DNA of 64,000 bases, taken from positions 1,567,896 through 1,631,895 of the forward strand of contig CAVTJJ010000004.1 of NCBI GenBank assembly GCA_963735035.1, in the 5' to 3' direction. The position numbers were made by a program, and so were the translations under genes. Below, one piece after another: positions 9,726 through 20,659 of this stretch. The stretch's first letter is position 1. Each line of letters opens with the position of its first letter. The notes beneath the pieces were generated by a model, which ran no database searches, was not told where the DNA came from, and saw nothing but the letters and a program-made list of their open reading frames with translations. Origin of the DNA: an uncultured candidate division Zixibacteria bacterium (GTDB taxonomy: Bacteria; Zixibacteria; MSB-5A5; GN15; FEB-12).

Positions 9726-10413
9726 ATGAAGATGTTCTCCCTGCTCCTGGTAGTGCTCGCAATAACCGTTTTGGGCGGTTCGATTGCAGCACAGGAAGCC
9801 GAAGAATCCGCAAAAGATTTTCTCGAATGTTCCCTTTTCGGCGGCGGCAGCCTGCCGATGGGCGGTATCGTCGATTGGAGCGTTACCCGTCCGCAGACCG
9901 GCACCGTGCAGCTGGGCACGAAGTTTGGCCACAGCTTTGGATTTGATGTCGGTCATTTTCTGACCCCTGATCTGGTGGTCGGAATAAATGTTACGTACGC
10001 CCAGTACGGTATCAAGACCGACGAAGCCGCGGCTGTCGACCCTGCACCACCGGATGATCAACCCCGGGATCTATGTCAAACGGTACTTTCAGGGCGAATC
10101 CAACTTCCTGCCTTATATAAAAGGGCAGGTCGGACTGGACGTCGTGAAGTTCACTACGAAAGCCTATGACCCCAACTTTGGCGATGATGTCTTTCGCGAG
10201 TTGTCCTACCAACCGGCCTTGTCTTTGGGACTAGGCGGTGGTGTTCTCTACTACACCTTCGATTACGGTGGTGTCTACGCCGAAGCCAACTATCACACGG
10301 CGTTCACGAAGAATGTGGTCGGCACGTACTATGGCCGGGATCAGAAGTTTGGCACAACGACTTCGATCTTCGACATCCATGCCGGTATCAAAGTCTTCTT
10401 CGGCGGAGATTAA
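9726..10413 (+). CDS. Outer-membrane beta-barrel protein, split by a frameshift near 10030
   Basis: Signal peptide and amphipathic beta strands in frame 1 continue in the 9988..10413 frame, ending IHAGIKVFFGGD. Confidence 0.7.
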
Positions 10414-10439
10414 TTCCCGATCTTAGGTCCAGATATTCG

Positions 10440-10464
10440 AAAGCCCGCCCGAGCGGGCTTTTTT
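10440..10464 (+). terminator. Intrinsic terminator
   Basis: AAAGCCCGC-CCGA-GCGGGCTTTTTT. Confidence 0.85.
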
Positions 10465-10499
10465 GTTGTCCCGATCCAAGGGTACGGATAGATTCCGCT

Positions 10500-11852
10500 A
10501 TGCCCGGTGAAAAGATCATGCTGGTTGACGACGAAGTCCCGCAACGCCAATTACTGGCCGGATTTCTCGAAACCAACGGCTATACCGTAACCCAGGCCGA
10601 AAACGGCCAGGCGGCGCTGGATTTGTATCCGAAGGTCTTTGCCCCGCTCGCTGTGGTCGATATGAAAATGCCCGGCATGAGCGGGCTCGAGCTGCTTCAG
10701 CGGCTTCGCGGCATAAATCCGTTCATTCAGGTAGTGGTACTTACTGCGTTTGGATCGGTCGAATCGGCGGTCGAAGCTATGCGCGCCGGGGCTTTCGACT
10801 ACATGACGAAACCGGTGCAGGACCTCGACGAATTGCTGTTGAGATTGGAAAAGGCGGCCGCTCAGAATCGGCTGGTGATCGAAAACCAAGTTCTCAGTAC
10901 ACGGCTGAAAGACATCTTTCCCGATACGGAACTGATCGGCCAGTCATCGGCGATTCAAAAAGTACGCGAAATTATCGCGTTGGTGGCGCCGCGCGATGCG
11001 ACCGTTCTCATAACCGGACCTTCGGGCACCGGGAAAGAACTGGTGGCGCGGGCGATCCACGCCCTTTCGCCTCGAGCCAATAAGCGACTGGTGGCCATCA
11101 ACTGCGCCGCCTTCCCAGAGACCCTCCTCGAATCAGAACTGTTCGGATACGAGCGGGGGGCTTTCACCGGTGCCGACCGGGCTCGTCAGGGACGGTTTGA
11201 ACTCGCGGACGGCGGTACGCTGTTTCTCGACGAAATCGGCGAGATGCCGCTGACCATGCAGGTGAAACTCCTCCGGGTGCTCGAAGAGCGAAGTATCGAG
11301 CGACTCGGTTCGGTACGCGAAATCAAGTTGGATTTCCGTCTTCTGGCCGCCACGAATCGTGATGTTGACAAAATGGTTAAAGACGGCATCTTGCGAGAAG
11401 ATTTGTTTTATCGCCTCAATGTCGTGAACGTTAACCTGCCGCCTCTGGTCGAGCGCACCGGCGATATTCTGCTCCTGGCGGGAAAATTCATAGAAAAATA
11501 CGCCCGCAAGATCGGGAAAGACATTCGCGGGATAGACCAGGCGGCGGCCGCGGCGTTGACATCGTATTCATGGCCGGGGAACGTTCGCGAATTGGAAAAC
11601 ATCATCGAGCGCGCTATTATTTTGACCCGCTCCAACACCTTGACCGTCGCTGATCTGGCCGGACTTCACGAGAATGCCCCAGCCGCACAGGCCGGCGGCA
11701 TCCGCCCTCTCAATGAAGTAGAAAAGGAACACATCCGGTTCTGTCTGGACCGGCTGGAATGGAATATCGGTTTGACCGCGGAAAAGCTCGGAATTCATCG
11801 GAACACCCTTCGTCTCAAGATCAAAGAGTACGATTTGACCCGTTCCGATTGA
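10500..11852 (+). CDS. Sigma-54-dependent response regulator (NtrC/AtoC/ZraR family)
   Basis: Receiver (VDDE, DMKMP), Walker [15 protein letters not shown] loop, LFLDEIGE, Fis-type [11 protein letters not shown]. Confidence 0.95.
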   Translation: MPGEKIMLVDDEVPQRQLLAGFLETNGYTVTQAENGQAALDLYPKVFAPLAVVDMKMPGMSGLELLQRLRGINPFIQVVVLTAFGSVESAVEAMRAGAFDYMTKPVQDLDELLLRLEKAAAQNRLVIENQVLSTRLKDIFPDTELIGQSSAIQKVREIIALVAPRDATVLITGPSGTGKELVARAIHALSPRANKRLVAINCAAFPETLLESELFGYERGAFTGADRARQGRFELADGGTLFLDEIGEMPLTMQVKLLRVLEERSIERLGSVREIKLDFRLLAATNRDVDKMVKDGILREDLFYRLNVVNVNLPPLVERTGDILLLAGKFIEKYARKIGKDIRGIDQAAAAALTSYSWPGNVRELENIIERAIILTRSNTLTVADLAGLHENAPAAQAGGIRPLNEVEKEHIRFCLDRLEWNIGLTAEKLGIHRNTLRLKIKEYDLTRSD

Positions 11853-11940
11853 GCTGACCGCACATGACAAAACGACTGAACGAAAACGAACTTGAAAGGA
11901 GATCCGGAAAGATGAACAAGGAGTACTAAGACTGATTTGG

Positions 11941-12681
11941 GTGGTATGGATACTTGCCATGGTCGCAATGGCGGGATCGGCGCTCGCCGACAGCTTCCTC
12001 AAGCAGGTCACACACACGGGGGCTTACGAGATGATGGGGCAGAAGGTCGCGGCCAAGGATGACACTACCGTTATGTGGATCGGCGCGGATCGCGCTGCCA
12101 GCATCGCCGGCGATACGATGACGATTGTGTGCATACCGGCTGAGAACTCGGTGCTGATGATAAATCACCAGAAGAAGCAGTATTCCAAGATGCCGTTGAA
12201 CATGAGCGAGATGGTCGACAAGGCTATTGATGAAAAGGGCGGCAAGGATGCTGACAAGGCTGCAGTGGCCAAAGAGATGATGAAGTCGATGATGGCTCAA
12301 TCCAAGGCGACCGTCGAACCGACCGCCGAGGCCAAGAAGATTGAGAACTGGCAGGCCAAGAAATATCTGGTTACGCTCGACATGGGCATGATGAATATGA
12401 ACATGGATCTGTGGGCCACCGAAGATATCGCGGTGGACTACAAGTTGTATGCAGATCTCAGCAACCGAATGATGAGTATGATTCCGGGAGCTGAGCCGTT
12501 GGCCAAGGAAATGAGCAAGGTCAAGGGTGTGGTCGTTTTGAGCAGTACCACGCTGAAGATGATGGGTCAGCCGATTACAGCCGAGACCCGCTTGGTCGAG
12601 TTTAGCGACAAGCCGGCTCCGGCGGGCGTGTATGCGGTTCCTGCCGGATACACCGAAGTTCCGTTCACGATGGGCCAGTAA
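11941..12681 (+). CDS. Secreted DUF4412-like protein (true start probably ATG 11912 via an indel)
   Basis: Signal peptide; NHQKKQY...KKIENWQAKKY...DLWAT...YAVPAGYTEV pattern; RBS and ATG at 11912 lie out of frame. Confidence 0.65.
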   Translation: MVWILAMVAMAGSALADSFLKQVTHTGAYEMMGQKVAAKDDTTVMWIGADRAASIAGDTMTIVCIPAENSVLMINHQKKQYSKMPLNMSEMVDKAIDEKGGKDADKAAVAKEMMKSMMAQSKATVEPTAEAKKIENWQAKKYLVTLDMGMMNMNMDLWATEDIAVDYKLYADLSNRMMSMIPGAEPLAKEMSKVKGVVVLSSTTLKMMGQPITAETRLVEFSDKPAPAGVYAVPAGYTEVPFTMGQ

Positions 12682-12706
12682 GACCCTTCTAATAGGCGAC
12701 TATACC

Positions 12707-12749
12707 AGAGTCAGTCCCGGGCAAGTTGTCCCGAGACTGACTCTATTTT
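12707..12749 (+). terminator. Hairpin, probable terminator
   Basis: AGAGTCAGTC...GACTGACTCT followed by ATTTT. Confidence 0.55.
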
Positions 12750-12770
12750 CGTGCTTATTTGTTCACTCAC

Positions 12771-12869
12771 GCACAAAAACAGTGCACCAAGAACGTGCTT
12801 GAGCCAGGGGGAATTCGCCTATAGTTATGACTCACTTGAACGTTAGGGGAATTGGCACGGTGCCTTGAT
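12771..12869 (+). promoter_or_regulatory. Candidate sigma-54 enhancer/promoter: two overlapping GCAC-N7-GTGC sites and a TTGGCACG (-24) motif
   Basis: GCACaaaaacaGTGC 12771-12785 and GCACcaagaacGTGC 12784-12798; TTGGCACG at 12852, but the -12 element (TTGA) is non-canonical and offset by 1. Confidence 0.4.
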
Positions 12870-12914
12870 TAACTTGTGACGGAAAGTTGAGTGAAGAATA
12901 TGTTGGAGAAACAA

Positions 12915-13775
12915 ATGAAAAGACCTGCGATGCTTCTCTTGGCGCTGATGGCGCTTCCTTTGATCGGTTGCGACGACGACAAGAACGTGTTAGTCGAAAA
13001 GGACCAGGTTCCCGCCGCTCCTCAAGGAGTCTATTCCGTCACAGGAGATCATTCTGTGGTCGTCCACTGGAACGGCATTTATGAGACTGATGTGGCTTCG
13101 TACAGGGTTTACCGGTCGCTGGACTCGATCAACGGATATGCGTCGATAGTGTCAGTTGCGGCTCGACCCAATTCGAAGTTGGACCTTCTGCTTTACAGCT
13201 ATGACGATAACACGGCGGTCAATGGAACGACTTACTGGTATGCCGTGACGGCGGTCGACAACGCCGGTCAGGAGTCGGATCTGTCGGCGGAGGGTGTTTA
13301 CGACACGCCTCGCCCGGAGGGGAACGCCCTCATTTATCCGTATGAAGTTGATTCTACCCACGCCAGTTTCAGTCTGGCCCTGGGGCAGGTTGTCAACTGG
13401 GGCGCGGGTAGCGCGGACATCTATGCCGATCGCGTCAATGGCATCTACTATCTGAATGCGGCGAACGATATGACCGACATCCAGGACGTCGGGTTCACCA
13501 AGTATTGGCAAGATATCGGTTGGGCTCCGGATTCCGGTTGGGTGGCCCTTGGTTACTGCGAAGCGATTCCAGGCCATACCTATGTCATCTGGACCAACGA
13601 CTACCACTATGCCAAAGTGAGAATCACCTCGATCAGTGTCTCTGGAGCGATTGCTTTCCAGTGGGCCTGGCAGAGCGTACAAGATAATCTCGAACTGGCG
13701 CCGCCGGTTCGCCCGTCGCATACCGAAGAATTTGGGCAACCGAAGCGGACTATCGCCGGTCAGCTAATAAAGTAG
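12915..13775 (+). CDS. Lipoprotein with fibronectin type III-like domain
   Basis: Lipobox LIGC; PAAPQGV...VVHW...YRVYRS...YWYAVTAVDNAGQES. Confidence 0.8.
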   Translation: MKRPAMLLLALMALPLIGCDDDKNVLVEKDQVPAAPQGVYSVTGDHSVVVHWNGIYETDVASYRVYRSLDSINGYASIVSVAARPNSKLDLLLYSYDDNTAVNGTTYWYAVTAVDNAGQESDLSAEGVYDTPRPEGNALIYPYEVDSTHASFSLALGQVVNWGAGSADIYADRVNGIYYLNAANDMTDIQDVGFTKYWQDIGWAPDSGWVALGYCEAIPGHTYVIWTNDYHYAKVRITSISVSGAIAFQWAWQSVQDNLELAPPVRPSHTEEFGQPKRTIAGQLIK

Positions 13776-13798
13776 CTACAAAGAAGGAGTGATTAGTC

Positions 13799-15406
13799 AT
13801 GTTGCGAACAACTTTACTCACAAGCCTGGCGGCCGCGCTGATGCTCGGTATCGGCGCCGGGGTCACTCCGGCGCAGACAATCGCCCCGGTCTATGACCAG
13901 GCCGATTACGATCGGGCGCAGGTCGACCGCTATCTCGACGTTGAAGTTTGGACGTCCAACAGCGACGGCGAATTCTACGACGGCGACAACATCGTCATCT
14001 ATTTCCGCGCCAGTCGCGACGCGTTCGTTTCGATCTACTCGATCGACACCCGCGGTCGGGTCAACCTGCTTTTCCCGACCTATGAAGGCGAAGACAATTT
14101 CGTCAACGGCGGCGTCACGTACAGCCTGCCGGGCGACAAGGACAAGTACGATCTGCGAGTGAGCGGCCCCGAAGGGTTCGAAAACATCCAGGTCGTTGCG
14201 TCGCGCGAACGGTTCCCTGTCCCGAATTGGTACAAGGGGCCGGAATTGGTGGTCAAGCAGGATGAGGACCGCGATTCCTACATGGACTGGGTAAACTCCA
14301 ACTATTTCGTTGACTACGGCGGACAGCGCTTTGCCTACGATCGCGCGGTGGTCTATGTCAATGAATGGGAACCGGACTATTTCCAGCCGGTGTATCATCC
14401 GGTGTATCCGAGCTGGACCGTGTACGGCAACGCCTATATCGATTACCCGTGGGGCGCCTCAGTCTACATCAACGGTCTCTACTGGGGTTGCGCACCGCTC
14501 TACATCCCGCAGATCGCCTGTGGCTGGAACACGATCACGATCTACGACAACGACGGCTACTGCTGGGAGCATGATTTCCACGTCTCCCACTACAACACCG
14601 TGGTGTTCAATCGGACGATCATCAACACCAGCCCGACTGTGAAATCGAAGTACAAGGAAGTGCGTGAGGTCGGGTATCGGAATCCCCTTCAGAATGGCTA
14701 TCCGGATTTCGAGCGGCGGAAGGAAGCTATCGTGACCAATCTTCGCGAGACCGGTAAGATGTCTTACAAGCCGAGTGACTCTCGTGGAAATGACATCAAT
14801 ATGGATAATGCCCCGAAGAAGTTTGTCCGTGGCTCTACTAAGATCGTGAAGACCGATCGCGGCTACGAGACTGATGCTTCCACCGCGATCTTTCCCGAGA
14901 AGGGTGGCAAGGTTGGCAGCACTACCCGTACGCACAACGGCGGGTTGTACGAAGTTTCGAAGGGCAAGTCGGCCGGGCCCGGCTCATACGACCCGGCTTC
15001 GTCGGAACGTCGCACTGTCGAAGGGAAGTCGGGGAAGACATCCGGCAACACTCAATCCGGAGAATATAAGAGCGGTCGGAAGAGTTCATCAGGCAACTCC
15101 GGTTCAAGTGGTAACGCTCCGGTGATCGAGCGACGGAAATCGTCCGGCAAGACCGAAGCGCCCACGGTCCAGAGACAGGCACCGCCGGAAAGACCGCAGC
15201 GACCGGCTGAGGTGACTCCGAAGAAGGAATCGAGACCGCCTGATTCGGGCGGCAAGAAGGAATCGCGGCCGGAATCTCCATCTGCCGGTAGCTCCAAGTC
15301 TAAGGGTTCCGACGGCGGCAACGCCGGCGGCGGAAGATCGCAGGGCGGCGAAAAGTCTGGCGGTAAGGGTGGCGGCCAGCAGAGCGGTGGCAGCAAACAC
15401 AAATAG
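13799..15406 (+). CDS. Secreted DUF4384-domain protein with PEGA-like segment and low-complexity G/S/K tail
   Basis: Signal peptide; YFRASRDAFVSIYSIDTRGRVNLLFP...VSGPEGFENIQVVAS; GASVYING; disordered C-terminus. Confidence 0.75.
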   Translation: MLRTTLLTSLAAALMLGIGAGVTPAQTIAPVYDQADYDRAQVDRYLDVEVWTSNSDGEFYDGDNIVIYFRASRDAFVSIYSIDTRGRVNLLFPTYEGEDNFVNGGVTYSLPGDKDKYDLRVSGPEGFENIQVVASRERFPVPNWYKGPELVVKQDEDRDSYMDWVNSNYFVDYGGQRFAYDRAVVYVNEWEPDYFQPVYHPVYPSWTVYGNAYIDYPWGASVYINGLYWGCAPLYIPQIACGWNTITIYDNDGYCWEHDFHVSHYNTVVFNRTIINTSPTVKSKYKEVREVGYRNPLQNGYPDFERRKEAIVTNLRETGKMSYKPSDSRGNDINMDNAPKKFVRGSTKIVKTDRGYETDASTAIFPEKGGKVGSTTRTHNGGLYEVSKGKSAGPGSYDPASSERRTVEGKSGKTSGNTQSGEYKSGRKSSSGNSGSSGNAPVIERRKSSGKTEAPTVQRQAPPERPQRPAEVTPKKESRPPDSGGKKESRPESPSAGSSKSKGSDGGNAGGGRSQGGEKSGGKGGGQQSGGSKHK

Positions 15407-15431
15407 TCGCCACACATAGCAAGGAATTAGG

Positions 15432-15462
15432 GGCCGGTTGTCTTAGGACGACCGGCCTTTTT
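15432..15462 (+). terminator. Intrinsic terminator
   Basis: GGCCGGTTGTC-TTAG-GACGACCGGCC-TTTTT. Confidence 0.75.
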
Positions 15463-15525
15463 CTGTTCGGTTCTCTGTTCTCTGTTCGCTGATCTATGTA
15501 ATGAGACGAAGAACTTCCAGGGAAA

Positions 15526-15661
15526 GGTTGTGTCAGTTCCTGCGCCCTGATTTTGATCGGGGCGTGTGAACTGACACTAACCGATGAGGGTGAGTCGTAG
15601 TGGTGTCAGGTCTCATCCTCGTCCCGCCTCCGGCGGGCCGAGGACAGGACCTGACACAACC
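15526..15661. repeat. REPIN/MITE-like element made of two inverted, related palindromes
   Basis: Outer ends GGTTGTGTCAGTTCCTG / CAGGACCTGACACAACC (16/17 inverted match); each half is a long hairpin bounded by GTGTCAG.TC...GA.CTGACAC. Confidence 0.6.
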
Positions 15662-15782
15662 ATCTATTTGACCAAGAACTAGGCGCTCAAGGAATCTTTC
15701 TCACTTGACGAACGTTAAAGCAGGTGTTAAATATAATTTGACCTGACAGTGTGACTGCCATAATGGCAGCGTCATCGAAAGC

Positions 15783-16847
15783 GTGGCAGAACTCGTTGTG
15801 GCATTTGAAAATCTGACAGAACGCGAAAGACAGATTCTCGCTAATCTGATCGATCACTATATCACCACCGCCGGACCTGTGGGCTCGCGGGCGATTGCCA
15901 ATAAGTTCCGGATGGGGCTGTCATCGGCGACTATCCGAAACACCCTTCAAGACCTCGAAGAGCTCGGTTTGGTGGAGCAGCCACATACGTCCGCGGGGCG
16001 AATTCCAACAGACACCGGTTACCGCTTCTATGTCGATTCGCTGCTGAAACCTGAGCCGCTTTCGCCCGAAGAAAAGAACGCGATGCGTCGACGGATCGCC
16101 AGCGATGGTCGGGGCATTCGCGAGATTCTCGGTCAAACCGCCCGCATGCTCGGCGATATTACGCATCAACTGGGACTGACCATCGCCCCCAGGTTCGAAG
16201 TCGGCATCCTGAAAGACCTTCGCCTGATTCCGGTATCATCGGATCGCCTCATGGTGATTGTGGTGCTTCACTCGGGCCTGGCGCGCAGTCTTATTCTCGA
16301 AGTGGAGACATCGCTAACAGACCAGTCTATTCCGGAAGTGGAGATAGTGCTTAATGAACGTCTGCGCGGGCTGACGCTGTCGGAGATCAGAGATACGATC
16401 AAGGCGCGATTGTCGGATATCAGTGGCCAGGGGCGGGTCATCAAGATCGTAATCGATTCCAAGGATCACATTTGGCGGGAAGATCGCTCCGATGATTTGA
16501 TTTACGCCGGCACCGACAATCTGGCGGCCATGCCGGAATTCGCCGACCGGGACCGTCTCAAAGCGATGTTGAAAGTGGTGGAAGAGGGGAAAGTACTCTC
16601 GGACTTTCTGAATCAGGCGCAGCAGGAAGGGCTCGTAATTACGATCGGTCGAGAGCATGCGATTGACGAGATCATCAACTGCTCGCTGGTGACGGCGTCA
16701 TACAAAGTGGGCGACATTTGCGGGACGGTGGGCATAATCGGCCCAACCCGTCTGCCGTACAGCAAGGCGGTGTCGATTGTCGAATATGCCGCCCGCTCAA
16801 TTACTGATCTGCTCATGGGAATGGACAAACCAAAGGACCTAACGTAG
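15783..16847 (+). CDS. hrcA: Heat-inducible transcription repressor HrcA
   Basis: PVGSR, SSATIRN, QPHTSAGRIPTD.GYRFYVD, IIGPTR; leads the dnaK operon. Confidence 0.96.
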   Translation: MAELVVAFENLTERERQILANLIDHYITTAGPVGSRAIANKFRMGLSSATIRNTLQDLEELGLVEQPHTSAGRIPTDTGYRFYVDSLLKPEPLSPEEKNAMRRRIASDGRGIREILGQTARMLGDITHQLGLTIAPRFEVGILKDLRLIPVSSDRLMVIVVLHSGLARSLILEVETSLTDQSIPEVEIVLNERLRGLTLSEIRDTIKARLSDISGQGRVIKIVIDSKDHIWREDRSDDLIYAGTDNLAAMPEFADRDRLKAMLKVVEEGKVLSDFLNQAQQEGLVITIGREHAIDEIINCSLVTASYKVGDICGTVGIIGPTRLPYSKAVSIVEYAARSITDLLMGMDKPKDLT

Positions 16848-16848
16848 A

Positions 16849-17481
16849 ATGTCGGATAAGAAGAAACATACCCACTCGGAAGTAGAACTTGAGACCGGTC
16901 GAGTGACTGAGATTCCAGTCGGCGGCGATCAGGACACATCGGAGTCAGAGCCATTGACTCCGTTATCGAAGCCTGCGCCGGAACCTATCGAAGTTCTCAA
17001 GGCCAGGGTCGCCGAGCTTGAAGACTTACGCCTGCGGGCGCTAGCCGAGGTCGACAACACGCGCAAGCGGCTGAATCGACAGATGGACGAGGCGCTTCGT
17101 TCATGCAATGATCGCCTCTTGCTGGATCTGCTGGAAGTGGTTGACAATTTCGACCGCGCTTTGAAACATGCCAACGAAAACTGCGAGGCCGAGGGGGGGG
17201 CCGCCAAGTCGCTCCGCGAGGGGATGGAGCTGACCTACAATCTGTTGTTGGGTGTGCTGTCGCGTTATGAGGTCAGACCGATGGAATCAATCGGCAAGAG
17301 GTTCGACCCCACGTATCATGAAGCATTGGCTCATGTGGAGTCGGCGGATTACGGCGAAGGGCTGGTGGCGGCGGAAATTAATCGAGGCTATATGATCGGA
17401 GCGAGAGTGCTCCGTCACGCTCGCGTGGCGGTCAGCAAAGGGGCGCCCAAGACTAGTGACATTGATGAGGAAGTTGATTGA
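16849..17481 (+). CDS. grpE: Nucleotide exchange factor GrpE
   Basis: LRALAEVDNTRKR, VVDNFDRAL, FDPTYHEAL, RVLRHARVAV. Confidence 0.95.
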   Translation: MSDKKKHTHSEVELETGRVTEIPVGGDQDTSESEPLTPLSKPAPEPIEVLKARVAELEDLRLRALAEVDNTRKRLNRQMDEALRSCNDRLLLDLLEVVDNFDRALKHANENCEAEGGAAKSLREGMELTYNLLLGVLSRYEVRPMESIGKRFDPTYHEALAHVESADYGEGLVAAEINRGYMIGARVLRHARVAVSKGAPKTSDIDEEVD

Positions 17482-17553
17482 TAGGCCAGAGTGAATGGCT
17501 GGCAATAAAAACGTACATATTTGGTTTTGGGATAGAAAAAGGAGAAGACGACA

Positions 17554-19488
17554 ATGGGAAAGGTGATCGGAATTGATCTGGGGACCACCAACTCGTGTGT
17601 GGCGGTTCTTGAGGGTAAGGATCCGGTGGTCATCCCCAATCTTGAAGGGGCTCGCACGACCCCGTCGGTGGTGGCGTTCACAAAAGACGGCGAACGGTTA
17701 GTCGGCGCGGCGGCCAAACGGCAGGCGGTGACCAATCCGGAGAACACGGTATTTTCAATCAAGCGGTTCATGGGGCGGCATCATAGCGAAGTCGGCGCCG
17801 AGGAGAAGATCGTCCCGTACAAAGTTACGGAAGATGGTTCAGGCGCTGTGGTTGTGGATGCCGGCGGCAAGCGGATGGCCCCACCGGAGATATCAGCGAT
17901 GATCCTTCAATACATCAAGAAGGCGGCGGAGAGCTATCTTGGTGAAGAAGTCAAGCAGGCGGTGATAACGGTTCCGGCATATTTCAACGACGCGCAGCGC
18001 CAGGCGACCAAAGACGCCGGTCGCATTGCCGGTCTTGAAGTGTTGCGTATTATCAACGAACCGACCGCGGCCTCTCTCGCTTATGGTCTTCAGAGAAAGG
18101 CGAATGAGAAGATCGCCGTGTACGATCTGGGCGGCGGGACATTTGATATATCGATTCTGGAAATTGGCGACGGCGTATTTGAAGTTCGCTCTACCAACGG
18201 TGATACTCATCTGGGCGGCGATGATTTCGATCAGGTGATTATCGATTGGATCGCTGAAGAATTCCGTAAGTCGCAGGGGATTGACCTGCGCAAGGATCGG
18301 ATGGCTTTGCAGCGTCTGAAAGAAGCGGCCGAGAAGGCGAAAATCGAACTGTCGTCCAGCCTTCAGACGAACATTAATCTGCCGTTTATTACGGCCGATC
18401 AGAGTGGGCCGAAACATCTCGATCTGATGTTGACCCGCGCGCGTTTGGAGCAGCTCACCGACAACCTGATGCAACGGACAATCGGCCCGTGCAAGGCGGC
18501 ACTGGCCGATGCCAAGCTTTCCGCGAGTGACATTGATGAAGTCGTATTGGTCGGCGGCATGACCCGTATGCCGAAAGTGATCGAGACGGTCAAGCAGTTG
18601 TTCGGCAAAGAACCACACAAGGGTGTCAACCCGGATGAAGTGGTCGCTATCGGCGCCGCCATTCAGGCGGGGGTGCTCGCCGGGGATGTCAAGGATGTGG
18701 TGCTGCTCGATGTGACTCCGCTCTCGCTCGGTATCGAAACACTTGGTGGGGTCTTGACGAAACTTATCGAACGCAACACGACGATTCCCACCAAGAAGTC
18801 ACAGATCTTCTCGACGGCGAGCGACAATCAGCCGGCGGTTTCGATTCATGTGCTTCAGGGCGAACGTCAGATGGCTATCGACAACCGCACGCTCGGCAAG
18901 TTTGACCTGGTAGGTCTGCCGCCTGCGCCGCGCGGCATGCCACAGATCGAGGTGACGTTCGATATCGACGCCAACGGTATCGTGCACGTCTCGGCCAAGG
19001 ACATGGCGACCGGCAAAGAGCAGTCGATCAAGATCGAGGTCTCGTCCGGGTTGAATGAGTCGGAAATCAAGAAGATGGTCGACGACGCCGAGAAGCACGC
19101 CGATGAGGACAAGAAGAAAGCCGAAATCATTCAGGCGCGCAACGAAGCGGATCAGTTCTTGTATGCCAGCGAGAAGATGCTCAAGGACTACGGCGACAAG
19201 GTCTCCGATGCCGACAAGAAGGCGATTGAGGCGGCTGCGGCGGAGTTGAAATCAGCAATTGCCAGCGATTCGCTCGAACGCATCAAGGCGGCCAAAGAAC
19301 AACTCGAACAGGCGTCGCACAAGCTGGCCGAAGAGATGTACAAGCACGCCCAGCAGAACGCGGGTCCGGGCGCGCAACCGGGCGAAGGGCCGACCTCGGC
19401 CGGACCTGCCCCCGAGCAGCCGTCCACGCCAGGCAAGGACGGCGCAGTCGATGCCGATTTCGAAGTAGTGGACGACGACAAGAAGTAG
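17554..19488 (+). CDS. dnaK: Chaperone DnaK
   Basis: [33 protein letters not shown]. Confidence 0.99.
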   Translation: MGKVIGIDLGTTNSCVAVLEGKDPVVIPNLEGARTTPSVVAFTKDGERLVGAAAKRQAVTNPENTVFSIKRFMGRHHSEVGAEEKIVPYKVTEDGSGAVVVDAGGKRMAPPEISAMILQYIKKAAESYLGEEVKQAVITVPAYFNDAQRQATKDAGRIAGLEVLRIINEPTAASLAYGLQRKANEKIAVYDLGGGTFDISILEIGDGVFEVRSTNGDTHLGGDDFDQVIIDWIAEEFRKSQGIDLRKDRMALQRLKEAAEKAKIELSSSLQTNINLPFITADQSGPKHLDLMLTRARLEQLTDNLMQRTIGPCKAALADAKLSASDIDEVVLVGGMTRMPKVIETVKQLFGKEPHKGVNPDEVVAIGAAIQAGVLAGDVKDVVLLDVTPLSLGIETLGGVLTKLIERNTTIPTKKSQIFSTASDNQPAVSIHVLQGERQMAIDNRTLGKFDLVGLPPAPRGMPQIEVTFDIDANGIVHVSAKDMATGKEQSIKIEVSSGLNESEIKKMVDDAEKHADEDKKKAEIIQARNEADQFLYASEKMLKDYGDKVSDADKKAIEAAAAELKSAIASDSLERIKAAKEQLEQASHKLAEEMYKHAQQNAGPGAQPGEGPTSAGPAPEQPSTPGKDGAVDADFEVVDDDKK

Positions 19489-19495
19489 AGGATGA

Positions 19496-20656
19496 ATGGC
19501 CAAACGCGATTACTATGAAGTCCTGGGTGTCGACCGTGGCGCCGACTCCGATACGGTCAAGTCGGCGTATCGCAAGCTCGCTATGAAATATCACCCGGAT
19601 CGAAATCCGGGTGACAAGGCGGCCGAGGAAAACTTCAAAGAGGCGACCGAAGCTTACGAAGTCCTGAAGGATCAGCAGAAGCGCCAGGTCTACGATCAGT
19701 ACGGCCATGCCGGACTCGGTCAGGGCGGCGGTTTCGGCGGTGGGTATCAGGGTTACGGAGCGTTTGATCTGGGCGACGCCTTGCGGGCTTTCATGCGTGA
19801 TTTTGGTGGGCAGGGCGGCGGGATATTTGACGAAGTTTTCGGCATGGGCGGCGGGCGAAGGCGCAACAATCGTGGGGAAGACCTGCGCTTGCGGATTCGG
19901 CTGACACTCGAAGAAATTACCGATGGCGTCGAGAAGACCCTTAAGGTGAACCGGATGGTCGCATGCCAGACCTGCGATGGCACCGGTGTGGCCGCAGGTT
20001 CATCGCGACAGACCTGTCATCAATGTCGCGGTGCCGGACAGGTACGCACTATGACGCGCACTTTCCTCGGGACCATCCAGCAGGTTTCTACATGCAATGT
20101 TTGTCGCGGCACCGGCGAAGTGATCGCGCAGCCGTGCAAGACCTGTCACGGTGACGGCCGCCACAAGGGTTCAAGCACGGTCACTATCAACGTGCCGGCC
20201 GGTGTGTCGAGCGGCAACTACATGACGCTCGACGGCATGGGTAATGTCGCTCCCAATGGCGGTGAGCCGGGCGATCTGATAGCGGTGTTCGAAGAAGAAG
20301 ATCATCCGTTGTTCAGCCGCCACGGTGACGACATCCTGTACGAAGTGCCGATTTCATTCACGACCGCGGCCATGGGTGGCGAGGTCGAAGTGCGGACGAT
20401 CAAGGGGACAGAGCGATTGAAGATTCCGAGCGGAACTCAGTCAGGTAAGATCCTCCGGCTGCGTGGTCACGGTATACCGCATTTGCATCGCAGCGGCAAG
20501 GGCGACGAGTTGGTGCAAGTAACGGTATGGGTGCCGACCAAACTCAGTGCCGAAGACAAGAAGGTTCTCGAAAAATTGGAACACTCAGAAACCTTCAAAC
20601 CACCTGTGACCGACAAGTCCTTTTTCGGTAAGCTCCGCGAAACGCTGGGGGTTTGA
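19496..20656 (+). CDS. dnaJ: Chaperone DnaJ
   Basis: HPD J-domain, G/F region, four CxxCxGxG repeats. Confidence 0.98.
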   Translation: MAKRDYYEVLGVDRGADSDTVKSAYRKLAMKYHPDRNPGDKAAEENFKEATEAYEVLKDQQKRQVYDQYGHAGLGQGGGFGGGYQGYGAFDLGDALRAFMRDFGGQGGGIFDEVFGMGGGRRRNNRGEDLRLRIRLTLEEITDGVEKTLKVNRMVACQTCDGTGVAAGSSRQTCHQCRGAGQVRTMTRTFLGTIQQVSTCNVCRGTGEVIAQPCKTCHGDGRHKGSSTVTINVPAGVSSGNYMTLDGMGNVAPNGGEPGDLIAVFEEEDHPLFSRHGDDILYEVPISFTTAAMGGEVEVRTIKGTERLKIPSGTQSGKILRLRGHGIPHLHRSGKGDELVQVTVWVPTKLSAEDKKVLEKLEHSETFKPPVTDKSFFGKLRETLGV

Positions 20657-20659
20657 TCG

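Noticed and set aside
15461..15488. Short TCTGTTC tandem repeat
   Set aside because: Three short imperfect copies after a terminator; no spacer structure, not CRISPR.
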